A DNA stretch of 64,000 nucleotides from Scenedesmus sp. PABB004 (GCA_014905635.1 JABVCE010000005.1:1240001-1304000); one strand, 5' to 3'. Positions 38,999-54,417 are shown, numbered from the stretch's first letter. Notes: generated from the letters alone by a model not told the origin. Translations and numbers: made by a program.

Positions 38999-39348
38999 TG
39001 CGCCGGCGATCTGCGCAGCAGGGCGGGCGGGGCGGGCGGCGCGTTCAGCGCGCCCTGAGGCGCGCGTGCGGCCGGCCCCGTCCCGCTGGGCCCCCCCGAC
39101 CTCGCGACGGGCTGCGGGCCCGGCGTTGGAGTGCGGGGATGGCGAGGGGCACGATCGAGTGGGCGCAGAGTGTGGCGCGACGGCGGGCTGCAGGAAAAGC
39201 CGACAGCGAACCCGAAAGGTTCAGTCCGCTCACGTGACGTCGAAGACCGTGCGACCGCTGAGTCCAACACGATCCGGATGCGCCCTGCCGCCGCTGCCGC
39301 CCGCGCCGCCGGTCGCGCACGCGCCCGCCGCTTGGGTCCCCCCCCCCC

Positions 39349-41474
<2,126 letters not shown>

Positions 41475-42132
41475 GCCCAGGGGCGGCGCCGACGACGCGG
41501 CGAGCGCTGCGCGGGGCGGGCGCGGGCGGGCGGCGCGGGGTCGGCGCGTGCACCGGCTCCAGGATGGCTAGGGCTAGGGCTAGGGCTAGGCATGTGCGAG
41601 CTGCTGCGGCCGGCTGCGCGGCCGCACCCGACTGCGGCAGCAGGCAGCAGCGGCCGCCGGGCGACGGGAGCCGGCGCCAGGCCGGCAGCGGCTGCGGGCG
41701 AGCGCCGACCAGGGGGCGAGCTCCGAACAGCTGGCGCGCAATCATGCGGCCGCCCTGGCGCCCTGGCGCCCTGGCGCCGCAGCCGGCGGCGGCGGCGGCT
41801 GGCGAGCGGCACTGGCCGGCGGGCGGCAATTCGGTTGCCGGCGAGGGCGTGACCACTGTGCAACTGAACTGCTGGGCCATGGGGAGCGGTGCTGCGGGCA
41901 GCGCGACGGCGCCGAAAGTGCCGCGTTTCGAGGGCGTCGCTGCGAGCGGTCGGCGACCGCCGTCGGGGAGCCAGCTGCTGCTCCCTCGCCCCACCCACAC
42001 CCTCCACTCCGCCTCCCTCTCCAGCAGCGCAGCCGGTCCCCGCGGGCAGCCGGCACCGCGCCGACGACACCGCCGCTGCTGCCGTGCGCAGCAGCGATGG
42101 CCCGCTGATGTGCGCGCCGCGGCGGCGGGGGG

Positions 42133-45100
42133 ATGCAGCAGGACGCCCTGGCGGCCGCGCTGGCGGCCCTGCACGGCGCAGCGTGCCCGCAGGAGCGGCG
42201 CGCCGCGGAGGCGGCGCTCGTCGCCTGGCGCGGCTCCGACGCCGCGTGGGCCGCCTGCCTGGCCCTGCTGGCGGCGCCGCCGGGCGACCAGCAGGAGCAG
42301 CAGGCGCAGCACCAGCAGGTGGCGCTGTTTGCGGCGCAGACGCTGCGCTGGAAGGTCGCGGAGCAGGGCGCGGGCCTGACCGCGGAGCAGCTGGAGCAGC
42401 TGCGCGCTGCGGCCGCGGCCGCGCTGGCGGCGCCGTCGCCGCTGCCTCCGGCCACGCTGCGCCAGCTCTGCCTCGTGCTGGCGGCGCTCGCGGCGCGCCT
42501 GCCGGCCTGGCGCGAGCCGGTCGGCCTCGCGGGCGCGCTGCCGCGGCCGCGCGCGCTCGAGCTGCTGGCGGCGCTCGCGGAGGAGGGCGCGAGCGACTGG
42601 CGGCACGTCTCCATGCCAGGCCTGACCAGCAGCGAGCACCTGGAGTGGAGTTGCGCGACGCGCGAGCGCGTCCGCGCCTGGTCGCCGGCGGCGCTGCACC
42701 TGCTGCTCGGCTGGCTGCAGCAGCAGCCGGCCGGCCCGCACCGCGAGGACGAGCTGGCCGGCCTGCTCGCCTGCCTCGCAGCGTGGGTCCGGCTCGGCGC
42801 GCTTCACGCGGTGGCGCAGACGCTGACGGAGCAGGTCGCGCAGGCGGGCCTGGTGGCGGTGCAGAGCAGCAGCGAGCGCGAGCTCGCGGCGGGCCTGGCG
42901 CTGCTGCTGGACGTGCCCGAGTTTGCGCCGCAGCCGCTGCTCGCAGCGCTCAAGCCCAGCATGCTGGAGGTGGCGCACGCCGCGTGCGCGGCGGCGGGCG
43001 CGGCTGCGGCGCCGCGCCTCGCGCACGCGGCCGCCTGGGTGGCGGCGTTCGCGGCGTTCGCCAGCGCCCTGCCGCAAGAGCTGCTGCTGCCGCTGGACGC
43101 GGACGCAAGCGGGTCGTTGCGCGAGGCGCTGCTGCAGGTGCGGGCGGGGCCCGGCAGCGCTGCGCCGCCGAGCGGCGCCAGCCTGGCCTGCAGCGAGCGG
43201 CCGCCCCCGCGCGCCGCCTCCGCCGCAGCTCGCCATCCTACCGCAGGTGGGCGCAGGCGCGCTCGTGTGCCTGCCGGCGCTGGAGGCGTGGGGCGCGCTG
43301 CTGGACCCGGACTCCGCGCCCGCGTGCGGCGGCACGCTGCCCTCCACCGGCAGCGCCAGGCCGGGCGACAACCTCAGCGAGGGCGACGGCGGCGCAGGTG
43401 GGCCGCCGGCAGCCGCTGCGCCCCGCAGGGGTGCCGGCCCGCGGCGGCAGCGCAGCGCCACGCCGCTGCGCCGCGGGCGACCCCGCCTGCGCCGCCCGCC
43501 TCCCGCAGGCGATGCGCGCCCCGCGCTGCCGGCGGCAGTTGCGCGCAGCTGCCTGCTGCTGCTGCTGCACACCTCCGCCAACTGGCTCGCCTGGCAGCGC
43601 TCCGGCGCAGCGCTGGCGGCGCTGGAGGACGAGCGGGCGGGCGCGGCGCTGCACGACGTCTTTCAGACCGCCAGCCACGCGCTCGGCGCGGCGCGCTACC
43701 TCGCGGCCGTCGCGCTGGTGTGGTGCGGTCCGCCGGGGCAGGCCACGCAGCAGGAGCAGGGCGGCGTGGCGGCGTGGCTGGTGCCGCGCTTGCTCGACGC
43801 GTCGGAGCTGGAGCTGCTGCCGGCGTGGCAGCAGCAGCAGCTGCAGGGCGCGCTGGCGGGCGTCGCCGCGGCGCCGTGCGAGCTGCGGCTGCGGGCGGCC
43901 GTGCTCATGGCCGCGGCGGCTACGGTGGGCGGCGAGGCGGGCGGCGATGAGACGGCGCCGCCGGGGCACGCCGCCCACAGCGGCGCCGCCGACCAGGTGC
44001 GCGCCCGGCGCTGGGGGCGCGCAGCGCGGCCTGCGGCCGCACACGCCGCCTCGCCTCACCTGCCGGCGCGCGCACGCCGCAGGGCGCCGAGGTGCTGGCG
44101 CTGCTCTCCGCGGCCGCAGCGGCCCTGCAGCAAGGCGGTGCCGGCCTCGCCCAGCACCAGTTTGCGCTCGACTTTTGCAACGCCGTCAAGGCGTGGGCGG
44201 CGCTGCTGGTCGGCGCGTTGACGTCAACGACGTCGCCCGCGGCGGCGGCCGGCGGCGCGTCACACATGGCCAGCCTGCTTGAGCTGCTGCTGAACCTCGC
44301 GCTTGCGTGCGAGGCCGCGGTCGCGCCGGCGGCGTGCGCGGCCGCGCGTGCCGTAGTAAACGCCGCGCTGCGGGCGGGCTGGGCGCAGCTGCACAGCTTT
44401 GCGCCGCTGCTCACGCAGGTGCGTGCAGCAGGGAGGCGGGTGGGGGCGCAGGGGGTGCTCCCTCGTGCGCTCCGGCTCACATCCCGCTGCCCTGCTCCGC
44501 CGCCTCAGGCGGTGCAGTCAGTGCCCTGCTCGGGCACGGCCGAGCAGGACCTGCTGGCCAGCCTTTCGGGCTGCCTGGCATCTCCGGGGCTGCAGGGGGA
44601 GGAGCTGCACCAGCTCAGGTGCGGCGCCGGTCTGGGCAGGCGGCGCCGCGGCACCAGGCGCCGTCGCGGCTCACCAGCGCGGCCGGCCACCTCGCAGGGC
44701 CACCGTCGCGGCGCAGCTCGTGCAGCCAGCGGCGGCGTGCGTGCAGGGGCTGCTGCTGCAGCTGCAAGGCGGCGTGCCCTGGGCGACGCTGGCGGGTGGG
44801 GCTGACCCGGCCATCTGCCGCCACCTCGCACGCGTGCGGGCGGTGCTGGAGGGCCGCCTGCTGCTGCAGCAAGTGCAGCGCTCGTTGAAGCTTCGCCGCA
44901 GCAGCCGTCTGCGCCTGCTGGACTTGGACGCCACCACGGGCGGCAGCAGCGGCCCTGAGGGCGGCAGCGGCTGCGCCGGCGCGCAGCGCGGCGTCGGCGC
45001 GGCCGCGGATGACCTTGCGGAGCAGCTGGCGGCGGCGGCGGCGATGGACGAGGACGGCGGCGAGCAGCGCAGCCCGCGCGACGCGCGCCCGGACCACGGG

Positions 45101-46246
45101 GGGCATGGCGCGGCGCAGCAGCAGCTGGGCATGCCGGGGCGCTCGCGGCGGCCGGCGGCGCCCGGCGACGAGCGCGCGCCGGGCGGCGGGGGCGGCGCGG
45201 CGGCGGCGGCCGCCGCAGCCGCCGAGGACCCCTGCCTGCAGGCGCTGCTCGCGGAGCTGTGGCCCGGCCTGCACGCGCTGGTGCTGCGCCACGGCGCGGG
45301 CGGGCAGTTCCTCGCCAGCTACGCCAAGTGCGCGAGCCGCCTGCTCAAGCTCCACCCCGGCATGCTGTCGCCGCCGCAGCTGCAGCCGCTGCTCGCGGTC
45401 GCGGTCGCGGGCTTTTCGCGCCCGGCCGGCGCCGGGCTGGCGGAGCCGTTTGGCACGGCCGTCGAGATGTGCTGCTGCCGCCAGGGCTCGGGCACGCTGC
45501 AGAACCAGCGCGCGCTGGTCATGGCGGCGCTCGCAGACTTTGCCGCGCTCCCGCCGGTCGCCGGCCTCACCACGCAGGGCGCGGGCGACCGCGCGCCCGA
45601 GCTGGCGGAGCAGGCGCTGAAGCTGCTGGGCCTGTTCGTGCGGAACGCGCGCCTGCTGCCGCCGAGCGGCGCGGCCGCGGCGGTGGTGGAGCTGGCGCTC
45701 GCCGCCGCCGCGGCGTGCGCGTGCGGCTGCCACCGCAAGACCGCGAGCTGCGGCCTCGCGCTGCTCTCCGCGGTGCTGCTCGCCGCGGCGGCGGAGGGCC
45801 CGCAGCAGGCGGCGCTGCTGGGCATCGTCGCGACGCGCGGCGCCGCCGTGGCGCGCGGCGCGCTGGGCGCGCTGCTCGCGCCGTCGCCGCTGCCGCGGCT
45901 GCAGAAGGCGACGACGGTGCTGCTCGACCTCGGCGCCGCCGCGACGGCCGTCGCGTCGGCGCCCGGCGCGCCGGGCGGGGGCGGGGGCGCGCCAGCGCTG
46001 CTGCACGGCTGGCTCGCGGCCGGCGCGGCGGAGCTCGCGCCGGCGGGCGTGGCTCCGGACGAGGCCGCCGCGCTCGCGGCCGACTGCGCCGGACTGCTGT
46101 GCGGCGGCGCGCGCAGCACCAGCCGGTCGTTCAACCTCTCTCGCCGGCTGAAGCGGCGGCTGCGCGATTTTGCGGAGCGGCACATGCGCGGCGCGCCGCC
46201 GCCCACGGAGCGGGCAAGCAGCGGCGGTGGCGCGGCGGTGCTGTAA
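42133..46246 (+). CDS. Importin-beta/HEAT-repeat karyopherin, importin-13/transportin-3-like; multi-exon
   Basis: N-terminus ALAALHG..ERRAAEAALVAWRGSDAAWAACLALL..VALFAAQTLRWKV..LRQLCLVLAALAARLPAW is the IBN_N/Xpo1 pattern; Leu/Ala helical repeats throughout; TAA at 46244-46246. Confidence 0.72.
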
Positions 46247-46433
46247 AACCGTGGTCCGGACGCTCGCAGCCCGCGCGTGGGGCCTCGAACGCACCGCACG
46301 ATCGCCGCGCCGCCGCCGCAGCGCCGCGCGCTTGCATGCAGCGCAGAGCGACCCCGAAACCGGGCCCCTTGCGCGCCAGAAACTGCAGGCGCGCGCCTCT
46401 CGCGGGGCTGCGCCGTGGCCCGGCCGGAGCAGC

Positions 46434-48299
46434 ATGGCGCCGGCGCACGCAGCGCCTGTGGACGGCGCAGCGGCTGTGGGCGGCGCAAACCTGGGCCTCC
46501 ACGAGGCCTGCGTGGAGCGCCTGCGGACACAGCTGACCGACAGCCTCGCGGCGCACCAGCACCAGCTCGCGGCGCAGCTCGCGCGTGTCGTGCAGCAGAC
46601 GGCAGTCGGCGCTGCGGCGGGGGCGGCCGCCGGCGCGGCGGCGGGGGCGGCGGCGGGCGCAGCTGTGGCGGCGGCGGCGGCCTCGCGCGCGAGCTCCGCA
46701 GCCGGCTCGCCCGAGCGGCCGCCGAGCGCGTGCTGCCCGCGCGCCGGCGCCTGCGGCTGCTCCGGCGGCCAGGCGTCGCCGGCGGCGCAGCTGCTGGGGG
46801 CGGCGCGGTTGCAGGCGCAGCTCGACGCGGCGGAGGCCAAGCTGGCGATGCACCGCGCGGCGGCGGTCGCAGCGCGGGGGCGCATCGAGAGCCTGGAGGG
46901 CGCGCTCGTGCGGCACGCTGAGCGGGCGCAGCAGGCGCAGCAGGCGCAGCAGGCGCAGCAGGCGCAGCAGGCGCAGCAGGCGCAGCAGGCGCAGCAGGCG
47001 CAGCAGGGCAAGCCGCACCCGACGCACGACGGCGCCGAGCCGAGCGCGCACCACCACCGCAGGAGCAGCTCGGTGGCGCCGCGCACGCCCGACGGCAGCG
47101 GCGACGGCGGCGCGACCGCGGCGTTGCCCCCGCCCGGCGCCGGGGCGGCGGAGCCAGCTGATGCCGGCGAGCTTCCACAGGCAGAGCCCGGCCGGGGGCC
47201 GGACGGCTGGGGCCTGGTCCCGAGCCCACGGCCCGGGCTCAGTCCGCAGCAGCTGGCGGCCCCAAGCGCCGAGTGCGAGGCCATTGTGCTGCGGCACCAG
47301 CTGCGCCTCGCGCTGGCAGACAATGCCGTGCTCTCCCGCGAGTGCCTGCACCTCCAGCAGCTGCTCGTCGGTGAGCGCCTCGCGGGGCGGGACGCGTGCC
47401 GCGCGGTGGCGCTCGCGCTCGCGCGGGACGCCGTCGCCGTGCGCACCAGGGCGACGGCAGCGGAGGTGCGCCTGCTCGGCGGCGACGCGCCGGCCGCGCA
47501 CGTGCACAGCGCCGCCGACTCCGAGACGCTGCGCGAGCTGGACGGCCGCCTCGCCGGGTTGGCAGCGTGTGCCGACGACGTCGCGTGGGCGGAGGGCGTC
47601 CGCGCACAGCTCGCGGCCTGCCAGCTGGCCTGCGGCGAGCGCGGCGCCTGCGACAGCTGCCAGCACCAGTGGAGCGGCTGCGGCGGCGGAGGCTGCGGCA
47701 GCTGCGGCGGTCCCGTGCAGGAGCCAGCAGCCGCGGGCGCCAGCCGCCCGTTCGTGACCTGCCCATGGGGGCGCGTCAGCGTGGTGGCTTCCCGCGGCAC
47801 GCAGGTCGCCGTGCAGCCACGCGGCGGCTGCGAGCGCGACGCGGGGGAGCCGCAGGTGCAGGTGCTCCTCGGCACGGCGCAGCGCCTGGAGGAGGGCCAG
47901 CCGGAGCGCTGCCAGCCGGGTGCGGCCGACGTCGTCTCCGCCACAGCGGCGCAGCTGGTGGACGCGCTGCACGCAGCGGCGGTGGCGGTGCTCTGCGCGC
48001 CGCGCTGTGCCGGCGAGCAGCCAGGGCAGGAGGCGTGCCAGCCGCAGCTGCAGCAGCAGCTGCCGGGCCAACCGCCGCCGCCGGCTGGCTGCGTGGGTGG
48101 CGCCAGCGCGGCGGCAGAGGGCGCGGGCGGCGACGGGGCGGCGCTGCAGCAGCTGCTGGCCTGCCGCGCGGCGCTGGCTGCGCGAGCGCGGGAGTGCGGC
48201 GAGCTGCGCGCGGCCAACCAGCAGCTCACGCTGGCGCTGCTGGGCGCGCGGCCCGGCCGCGCGGGCTCCGGCCGGCGGCGGCACGGCAAGGCAGAGTGA
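46434..48299 (+). CDS. Intronless hypothetical coiled-coil protein with (QQA)n repeat
   Basis: Open frame from MAPAHAAP with heptad-like helices, a 9-nt tandem repeat at ~46928-47005 and a Cys-rich patch; no family recognised. Confidence 0.55.
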   Translation: MAPAHAAPVDGAAAVGGANLGLHEACVERLRTQLTDSLAAHQHQLAAQLARVVQQTAVGAAAGAAAGAAAGAAAGAAVAAAAASRASSAAGSPERPPSACCPRAGACGCSGGQASPAAQLLGAARLQAQLDAAEAKLAMHRAAAVAARGRIESLEGALVRHAERAQQAQQAQQAQQAQQAQQAQQAQQAQQGKPHPTHDGAEPSAHHHRRSSSVAPRTPDGSGDGGATAALPPPGAGAAEPADAGELPQAEPGRGPDGWGLVPSPRPGLSPQQLAAPSAECEAIVLRHQLRLALADNAVLSRECLHLQQLLVGERLAGRDACRAVALALARDAVAVRTRATAAEVRLLGGDAPAAHVHSAADSETLRELDGRLAGLAACADDVAWAEGVRAQLAACQLACGERGACDSCQHQWSGCGGGGCGSCGGPVQEPAAAGASRPFVTCPWGRVSVVASRGTQVAVQPRGGCERDAGEPQVQVLLGTAQRLEEGQPERCQPGAADVVSATAAQLVDALHAAAVAVLCAPRCAGEQPGQEACQPQLQQQLPGQPPPPAGCVGGASAAAEGAGGDGAALQQLLACRAALAARARECGELRAANQQLTLALLGARPGRAGSGRRRHGKAE

Positions 48300-48364
48300 A
48301 TTCAAGAGTGTGCTTCTTCGATCGCAGGCCGTGGCCGGCCGACCCGCCTGCCGTCCGCCCGCCG

Positions 48365-51300
48365 CTACACCGCCGCCACGGCCGCGGGCGCGCCCGCCGT
48401 GCACTCCAGGCCGGGCAGCGGCAGCCGCGACGGCGCCATGGTTTCGAATTTGAAGTCGTAGCGCTCCGGCATGCCGCGGTGCGCAAAGCCCTCCCACCTG
48501 TCCCCCCACTCAAACGGCGGCTGCCCCTGCGCCGTCGGGCCGCCGACCGCCTCCGCCTCCATCGCCAGCGCGCGGCTGGCCGAGGTCACCTGCGCGGGGG
48601 GCGGTGAGCGCGTGTAGGCGCGGGCGCAGCGGCTGGCGCGCCAGCAGCGCCGCGCCGCGCGCCGGACGCGCGCGCGCCTTGGTGTCGTAGCCGCCCTTGG
48701 GGACAGCGAGGGGCTCCGCGCCCGGGGGCGCGAGGTCGCCGCGCCCGCACACGCTCGCGAGCGGGTGGCCGCCGCTGAGCGGGTCGGCCTGCCAGTCGTT
48801 GTAGCGCATGACCCGCGCCATGCCATCCAGGTCGGCCACGCCCGCCTGGTCGCGCCGGAAGATGCTCGCGCGCGGCGACACCTGGCCGTTGCACATTGGA
48901 CGGGGCGCGGCGGCGCGGGGGCACGGCGGAGCAGGGCGCAGGCCGGTGGGCGGCGCGCGTGCGGCCGCGGGCGCGCCAGGCCTCTGGCGCGCGCGCTGGG
49001 CGGGGCGGGCCGCGCTGCGGCGCGCGCGCTGGGCGGAGCGCGCCTGGTACATGAGCCAGCGCGCGGGCTGGTCGTAGGCCTTGCCCTTGGCGCGCGTCGC
49101 GTTGACGAGGTCGGGGTAGCCGGCGGCGGCGTAGATGGCGGGGAAGAACGCCACGTTGTACGACGGCCAGTGCCCCCGCGCGAGCACCTGCCGAGCGGCG
49201 CGCGGTCGGCGCGCGGTCGGCGGCGGCCGGCGCGCCCTCCCTCGCGGCGCGGCGGCCGCGCAAATCGCGCGCGCGCGGCCGCGCGCCTGGGTCATGTCCG
49301 CCGCCTCGACCATGCCCGGCAGCTGCTCGACCACCCACAGCAGGCCGTCCCTGAGCTGCTGGCGCGGCTCAAAGCGCTTGAGATCGACGACCATGTATTG
49401 GTTGTTGTACGTCCCGCTGTTGTGGCGGCGGAAGACGTCGACCCAGGCCGACCCGCTGCCGGCGAGCAGGTTGGCCGCGCGCACGCGCATCCAGCTCGGC
49501 ACGCTCGCGGGCGTGAGCGCCTGCGCGCGGGCGCGCGCGCGGCGGCGCGGGCGGCTCGCGGCCGCGCCGCGCGCGGCGTGGCGCGGCGGCCGCGAGCCCC
49601 GCGCGCTGCTCCTGCGCCTGCGCGGCGCGCGAGCCCCGCGCGCTGCTCCTGCGCCTGCGCGCCTTGAAGAGGTCTGGGTTGAAGATGTGGTTCGTGGTCT
49701 CCAGCACCACGAGCCCCCCGCTGGAGATGTAGAAGTCATCGTCGCTGAGAAGCTCCCCCGGGTAGCTCGAAAAGCTCAGCGACTGCCCCACCACGCCGCC
49801 CGGGACCTGCGTAAGAGCGGCGCGCGTGCGTGGGACGCAGCGACGCAGCAGCGGCGGCGGTGGCAGCGGCCGAGCGGGCGGCCGAGCGGGCGGGCACGCG
49901 GGCGGCCGCGCAAGCGCCCGCGCCTGTGTGAGGGCGAGCTCGTAGTGCTTGTAGATGCGGGTCATCGCGGTGTAGCTGTCCCAGGTCGAGTGGCCGAAGA
50001 AGATGTCGCTCAGGTCGGCGGCGACCTTGACCAGCGCGCTGCACTTGCCTGGGAACAGCAGCGAAGCGAGCGACGATGGACGGCAGCAAACGACGGCGCC
50101 GCCCTCACCGGCGCGCTGCCCGCGGCGCGGCGCGGTGCGGCACGGCGCGGCGCGCGCCGCACCGAGCGTGGCGAGGTGCGTGAAGAGCTCGGCCGGGCCC
50201 ATCGCGTCGCGGCGCGCCGCCGCGGCGTGTGCGTCGTACATGTCGAGCACGTCATACAGCTCGCCTGTGGGGCGGGGGGGGGGGGGGGTGGCGGTGTTGG
50301 TGGGCGGAGGTGGGCGGGGTCTCGACGGGCAGGTGGGCGGTGTGCGACGCGGGCGGGGCGCAGCGGCGCACACGCGCGCGCACAGCACACAGCACGCGCG
50401 CGCACCGTTGGAGTTGAGGAAGACAACGCCCTCGCGCGTGAGCCGGTGCTCGTGGTGCGGCGCGCCCGCCGCGGCGCCGCCGCCGGCCTCGCGCGCGGCG
50501 GCCGCGCTCGCGGCGGCCGCGGCGGTCATCGCTGCGTCGTAGCCCTCCCACAGGCCGTCCAGCTGCGCGAGCAGCAGCGCCATGACGCGCCAGTAGGGGT
50601 CGGACGCGCGCGCTGCGGCCTGGCGGCGCAGCCACGCCTCCTGCTTGGCGATCCTGCGCGCCGCGGCGCCGCGCGGCGGCGGCGGGCGTCGCGCGCGGCC
50701 GCGCCACACCACGCCCGCCGGCGCCCGCCGCCCTGACGACATCGCGTAGCGCCACGCCTCGCCGCGGCTCACCACTGCATGGGCTTGTCGAGCTTAGCGT
50801 CGAGCTGATGGATGAAGTAATGCTTCAGGTTGTGGTGGTGGTCGTTGATGCGCGCCGCGCTGAGGTAGCCCTCCAGGAACCCCGCGGCGGCTGCGGCGCC
50901 GGCGCCAGCCCCACCCCACGGCGGCGGCGGCGCGTGAGCCGGCCGGCCAGCGGCGGCGGCGGGTGCGGCGGCGGGTGCGGCGGCGGGTGCGGCGCCGCCG
51001 CACCGAGCTGCTCCGCGTCCGGCACGCCCGCCGCCGTCACGATGCGCAGCTTGCCAAAGTTGCTGGCCGTGAACGCGCTGTCGACGTACACGCCGTGCGC
51101 GAGGGCACCTGCAGGGGCGCGCGCGTCCAGGGGCGCGAGTGCGTCGGGCGCGGCCGCCGCCGCCGCGGGCTCGGGCGTGAGCGCTGCCTCACTCTGCCGC
51201 GCTCACCCGGCACCACGCCCTCCGCGAAGACCAGCCGCCCATCGCGGTCGCGCATGGCGCTGCCAACCACGGCCTCGTCCTCTAGCACCTCGCCGCACGC

Positions 51301-51414
51301 CTGGCTGGGCGGGCGCGCGGCGTCCTGCGCCCGCGCGGCCGCCGCCGGCGCCGGCACCAGCAGCAGCGCCGCCGCCGCCGCGAGCGCCAGCCGCCTCAGC
51401 GCGCGGCGCGCCAT
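48365..51414 (-). CDS. Phospholipase B-like (PLBD, Ntn hydrolase) precursor; multi-exon
   Basis: Signal peptide, [16 protein letters not shown] (catalytic Cys), [77 protein letters not shown]. Confidence 0.93.
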
Positions 51415-51660
51415 CCGTCCGGCGCGGAACCGCACTAGTGCGCCCGCCGGGCAGGGACGGAGCGCGCAGGGACGGCACGCAGGGGCGGCGCGGCGCGCGC
51501 TGCTGCCGCCTCGCTGGCGGGGTATCAATGACGGCTCTGTCGCAGCGAGAGCGCTTGTGCGCTCAGCAGCGATGTGGGGGGACAACGGGACCGCGAGGTG
51601 TTGCAGGCGCTCGCGTCGGCGCGAGCGGCGGCGCAGGGCTCGGCCGCCGCCGCCGCGGTC

Positions 51661-53980
51661 TCACTCCCGGCCGCCGCCGCCGTCGGGGAAGAACGCCGCC
51701 GCGAGCTCGCGCTTGTTGACCTTGCCCATGGCGTTGCGTGGCAGCGGCGCGTCCAGCAGGCGCCAGACGCGCGGCACGGCGTACGGGGGCAGCCGCGCGG
51801 CGGCGTGCGCGCGCAGCGCGGCCTCGTCCAGCGCGGCGCCGGGGCACGGCACGACCAGCGCGGCGACGGCCTCGCCCAGCGTGTCGTGCGGCAGGCCCAG
51901 CACGGCGGCCTCGGCCACGCCCGCGTGGTGCAGCAGCTCGCCCTCGACGTCGAGCGCGGAGACCTTGAAGCCGCCGGTCTTGATCACGTCAACGCTCGTG
52001 CGCCCCACGATCTGCGCAGCGGGGGCGGCGAGGCACCCCCGCCCTGGGCGCGCGCCGCGGCGCCGCCGAGCGCGGCAGGGCCCGGGCAGCACAGCACGGC
52101 CCCGGCGGCGTCGCGCGTCAGCGTCGCACCCGGTAGTACGGCGGCGCGCCCTCGAGGCTGACGGTGTCGCCGGTCAGGAACCAGCCGTCGCCGTCAAACG
52201 CGGCGTCCGTCGCCTCTGGGCGGCCCCAGTACTCGCGGAAGAGCCCCGGCCCCCGCACCGCCAGCTCGCCCTGCGGCGGGCCGCCGCCGCCAGCGTCGCC
52301 GGGCGCCGGCACGAGCTTGACCTCCACGCCCGGCAGCGGCACGCCCACAAAGCCCGGCCGCCGCTCGCCCTGCGGCGCGGCGGCGGCGGCGCGGCGGCGG
52401 GGGCGGGGGCGGCGATGTGGCCACCACCTCTGGAGGCGCCCGAGCCCGCACACGCGCACACGCCAGCAACCACAAATGCACACCGCACGCGCACGCAAGC
52501 GCGCACATACAAACAACACAAGCGCATGCACAGACACACGCGCGCCCACCTCGTATGGGTTGCTGAGTATCATGCCGGTCTCGGTCATGCCGTACCGCTC
52601 CAGCAGCTCGCCCCCCGCGAGGGCGCGCCAGCGCGCGAGCAGCGCCACCGGCGCGGCCGCCGAGCCCGCGACCGCGAGCCGCAGCGCCGCGGCGGCGCCG
52701 GCCGCGGCGGCGCGCTCCGCCGGCGTCAGCGCGCTGTCGTGGTGGTCCAACAGGTAGCGGTACATGGTCGGCACCGCCATCAGCACCGACACGCCGCCCG
52801 CCTGCGGCCGCGGCACGTGCGGGCTCGGCGTGGCCGTGCGCGGCTGCGGCGCCGGCGCCGGCGCGGCGGCACGGCGGCGCGGCGTGGCGGTGGCCCGGCT
52901 GCGGCCGGGGCGGCGGTGCGGCGCACCATGAGCTCCTGCCACGCCGCGGCGGGCGAGAAGCGCGGCAGGAAGTGCACCGCCGCGCCCGCGGCGTGCGCGC
53001 AGTGGAGGGCGTTGATCACGCCGTGCACGTGGTGCAGCGGCAGCGCGTTCAGGATGGCGTCGTCGGCGCGCCAGCGCCACGCGGCGGTGAGGCACGCCAC
53101 CTGCGCGGCAAGGCTCCTGCGGGCGCGCCGCGGCGCGCTCGGCCCCCCGCTGCGCGCCGGCTGCTGCGGGCGGCGCGGCGCGCGGCCGCACCCGTGCGTG
53201 TGCAGGGCGCCCTTGGGCCGGCCGGTGGTGCCGCTGGTGTAGATGATGAGCGCCCCGGCGCCGTCCCCCCGGCTACTGCCGCCGCCGCCCGCGCTGCGAG
53301 TGACGCCGCCGCCGCCGGTGCCGCTGCTGCCGCCGCCGCGTGCGCCGTCGCCGTGTGCACCGCTGGCCGCGTCGCCGGCGCCCAGCAGTCCGTCGTCGAC
53401 CAGGTGCAGCGCCGCGCCCGCCGCGGCCGCCACGTCGCGCAGCGCGCCGTGGCCGCTCAGCGGCGCAAGCACCTGCGACCGCGCCGGCGGGCCGCGGCGC
53501 CGTCAGCGTCGGCGCCGCCGCTGCGGCCGCCACGGCCACCGCGGCTGGTGCCCTTGCGCCGCGCGCTGCGCGCCGCCGCCGCACCGCCGCGCAGCCGGCG
53601 TCGCGCAGCACGTAGTCGAGCTCCGCCGGCGGGTGCGACACCGCGAGCGGCACCGCGATGCCGCCGGCCATCCAGGTCGCCCAGGTCGCGGCGACATAGT
53701 GGGGGCCCGGCGCCGCCCAGATGCCGACGCGCGGGCCGTCGGCGCCGCGCCGCGCCGCCGCCGGCGGCAGCAGGCCGCCCAGCTGCGCCGCGAGCGCCTC
53801 GCTGCCGGCGAGCAGCTGGCCGTAGCTGCGGCGGCGCGTGCGCGGGGGCGCGCGCGTCGGGCGGCGTGTGCACCGCGCGCCGCGCCCGCGGCCCCGCGCG
53901 CACCTGTACGCGCCGCCGCCGGCGTGCTGCCGCACCGCGACGCGCTCGCCGAAGCGCGCCGCCGCGCACACTATCTCCAT
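51661..53980 (-). CDS. AAE13: Malonate--CoA ligase (AAE13/ACSF3-like acyl-activating enzyme); multi-exon
   Basis: IIYTSGTTGRPKG, LPLHHVHG, MAVPTMY, LLERYGMTE, SNPY, FREYWGRPEAT, GWFLTGD, GRTSVDVIKTGGFKVSALDVE, LPRNAMGKVNK. Confidence 0.9.
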
Positions 53981-54417
53981 GTCGGCGGGGCGGCCGGCCC
54001 CCCCAGCCGGCAGCCGCCGGCAGCGGCTGCCGGCGCCCCTCCTGCCGCCGCCGGGGCTCCTCGCTGCCGCTGCCGGTCTCTCCTGCTGCTGCCGCTCTCA
54101 AAACCGCGCCCCCTGCTGCCCGGCAGATCCCGGATGATGGTGCATGGATGGGGGGAGCCGGGGATCTGGCTGTCGAGCAGGCCGCGACCGACCAGCAAGA
54201 GAACGCTGCGACGCGCGTTTGAGCCCCGCCGCCGGCGCCGCCGCCCGTTCGTCAAGCACGAGACGACCCGGCGGGCTCGTCGTCCCGGTGGGCGTGCAAG
54301 TGCAGCACGGGACGACCCGCGTGCGCGTCTGCCAGCTCACGCTCACGCGGCGCCGCTGCTGCCCGCCCGCCAGCGCGCCGCGGCCCAGCGCGCCGATGCA
54401 GCGGCGCGCGCTGCTAG

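Noticed and set aside
41568..41590. (CTAGGG)4 as an interstitial telomere
   Set aside because: Only ~4 units, not the TTTAGGG/TTAGGG type, and explained as a possible MPSPSPSPS coding or UTR microsatellite upstream of trmA.
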